A stretch of DNA of 64,000 bases from Octopus bimaculoides. Lineage: Eukaryota. A model generated the notes under the pieces. It saw nothing but the letters and a program-made list of their open reading frames with translations, was not told the origin of the DNA and did no database searches. This document shows positions 61,880 to 64,000 of the stretch, in pieces. The stretch's first letter is position 1. Every line of letters starts with the position of its first letter. The position numbers and the translations under genes are program-made. Where the stretch lies: assembly GCF_001194135.2 (NCBI RefSeq), contig NC_069003.1, forward strand, positions 19,378,747 to 19,442,746, read 5' to 3'.

Positions 61880-63733
61880 AGGATATGCTTTGTGGTACAA
61901 ACAGGAGAAACAGAACTCAACTCACAAAAGCAGACCATATGTATTTCTTTGTTAGTAAGCTGTAAAGTTACCTAAGTGACACAAGAGTCACGAGTTTCAT
62001 GTATGGCACTTATTAAATTAGTACCATATACAAAACTCTTGCAGCTTTACAGTTAATAACTAAACACACACATACAGATGGTAGGCTTCTGTAAATGTTT
62101 CTGTCAACCAAATTCCACTCACAAAACTTTGATCAACCCAAGGTTATAATAAAAGAGACCTGTTTAAAATGCTGCACTATGAGATGAAACCAGAAACCAT
62201 GTGGCTGTGAAGCTGACTTGTTAACCTCACAGCCATGTCTGCACCCACAGCTTGCAGTCTGTTAACTTCAAACACATCAGCCAACAATTGAAACAGGATC
62301 TTACTGAATAATTTGATCCTAACAGGAAATAATTTGGACTTTGATTTCTTTTTCTTAGTAATGAAGAAAAAGAAATAACTACAATCCTCTTCCAATCAGA
62401 AACCAGAATTTACGAGACAGCATTTGTGCAAATATAGTAATAAATTGCAGTAAGGACTGTAGATATGTAAATGTATGCAATGTAAAAGTTATTTGTCATA
62501 GTCTTGTCGATAGGATGATGTTGCATGAGAACATTCTATTTATAATGTTAACAATGATGCACATGCAGAATCTCTGTGGTTGCTTGAAGTACTTAAATAT
62601 AAGATAGGGGTCATATCTGTTTTAAATTATACCTTACTGTCTGTGAGAGAGCTTCTACATGGTCACTTAATCTGCTAGGAAATAGCAACCAAATATCTCT
62701 CATACCATAACATATTGTCTTTAAAAAAGAAGGCCACATTAATCAATGTCCTAATAAAAAAAAACAAAAGGCTTGGATAGTCATGGCTGGAGTGTCTTTC
62801 ACCATATATCTGCTCAATTGGGGATGACTGAGGACTAAACAACAACAATGGAAAAATATAGATATACAAAAAAAACAGGATGATCATAGCCGGAACATTT
62901 TTGGTCATAGGTTTGCTTAATAATGGCTGATTTGGGGACTAAACAACAATACAACATAGTCCTAAATATACGAAAAGACAAGGTGGTCATGGCTGGAATG
63001 TTTTTGGTCATAAGTCTGCTTGATCAAAAGCAATTTATGGGTTAAACAACTATAATAACAGCATAAATATGACAGAAGTGTCATATATGTGAATAATAAC
63101 TTATGATTGTAAGCTGAATGAACACCCTACTCACTAGGCCACACCCCCTTCACACACACACACAGGTGACCATCACATAATTTGTCCTCGTAATAATAAT
63201 AACTAATAATAATGATAAAGGAATGTTTGCTTTTTTTCTGTATAAATAACATGCTCTAAAACCTGTAAAGGTTCTACTTCATCAAATTCACTTCTGAAAC
63301 ATGGATAAACTAATTGTTTGAGAACAGAAATGTTTTCTCGTTTATTATACTATAATTAATTACAATATTACAAGATTTTGTTATGCATACTCTTTTGAAG
63401 ATCTACAATAATTAATGGTTTCAAATTTTGGCACAGGGCCAGCAATTTTAGGGCAGGGGATAAGTCAATTACATCAACCCCAGTGCTTGACTGGTATTTA
63501 TTTTATCGACCCTGAAAGAATGAAAGGCAAAGTCAACCTCAGTGGAACTTGAACTCAGATTGTAAAGACAGACAAAATGTCATGAAGCATTTTGTCTGGC
63601 ATGCTAACAATTCTAACTCACTGCCCTAAGATCTACAATAATAATAATAATAATGGTTTCAAATTTTTCCACAAGGGCAGCGGTTTTGGGGGAAGGAATG
63701 AATCGATTAATAATCCTTTCTACTAAAAGGCAC

Positions 63734-63997
63734 TGTTATATGGACTGTTAGATATGTAATTCGTCTGACGTTCCGTGTGTCATGTGGTTCGTCTGAGTTC
63801 ATTGTTTCATTGTTGCTGTCTTGTGGGACTGTCGTAGTAAAATGTCATTGATATATATATGGCGGACATGACTTTTGTTTATTCATAACGAACATTGGGT
63901 GAGTGCGTTCTTTGTATGTAATTGAACAATAAATGTAATAATTAAACTGTATAACTCGTTATGTTATCTCTACGAGTCACCCGAGGGAAACATAACA
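63734..63997 (+). mobile_element. Probable solo LTR (264 bp) inserted into a SINE
   Basis: Termini TGTTAT...ATAACA form a perfect 6-bp inverted repeat; AATAAA at 63928; left flank ggcac and right flank ggc (cut by the window end) fit a 5-bp target duplication. Confidence 0.65.
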
Positions 63998-64000
63998 GGC

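Overview
AT-rich, microsatellite-dense animal genomic DNA with N gaps. The repeat landscape looks like an octopus or other cephalopod, which is an inference. The whole window lies inside one large minus-strand gene encoding a multi-PDZ scaffold of the MPDZ/MUPP1-PATJ family. Eight phase-compatible GT-AG coding exons (54395 down to 1866; 1206 nt, about 402 aa) give a Ser/Pro-rich linker, a PDZ domain like MPDZ PDZ6, a second linker and a PDZ domain like MPDZ PDZ7. One of these exons is a 21-nt microexon missed by the ORF track, and it has neural-microexon-like splice signals. The introns hold two decayed mariner transposons, a probable solo LTR, and 3' fragments of Tx1/L1-, R4/Dong- and RTE-type LINEs. 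They also hold several MITEs and fold-backs and at least four tRNA-derived or SINE-like families. One SINE family forms strongly strand-polarised head-to-tail arrays inside (AAT)n tracts. All repeat boundaries and counts were read by eye and are approximate.
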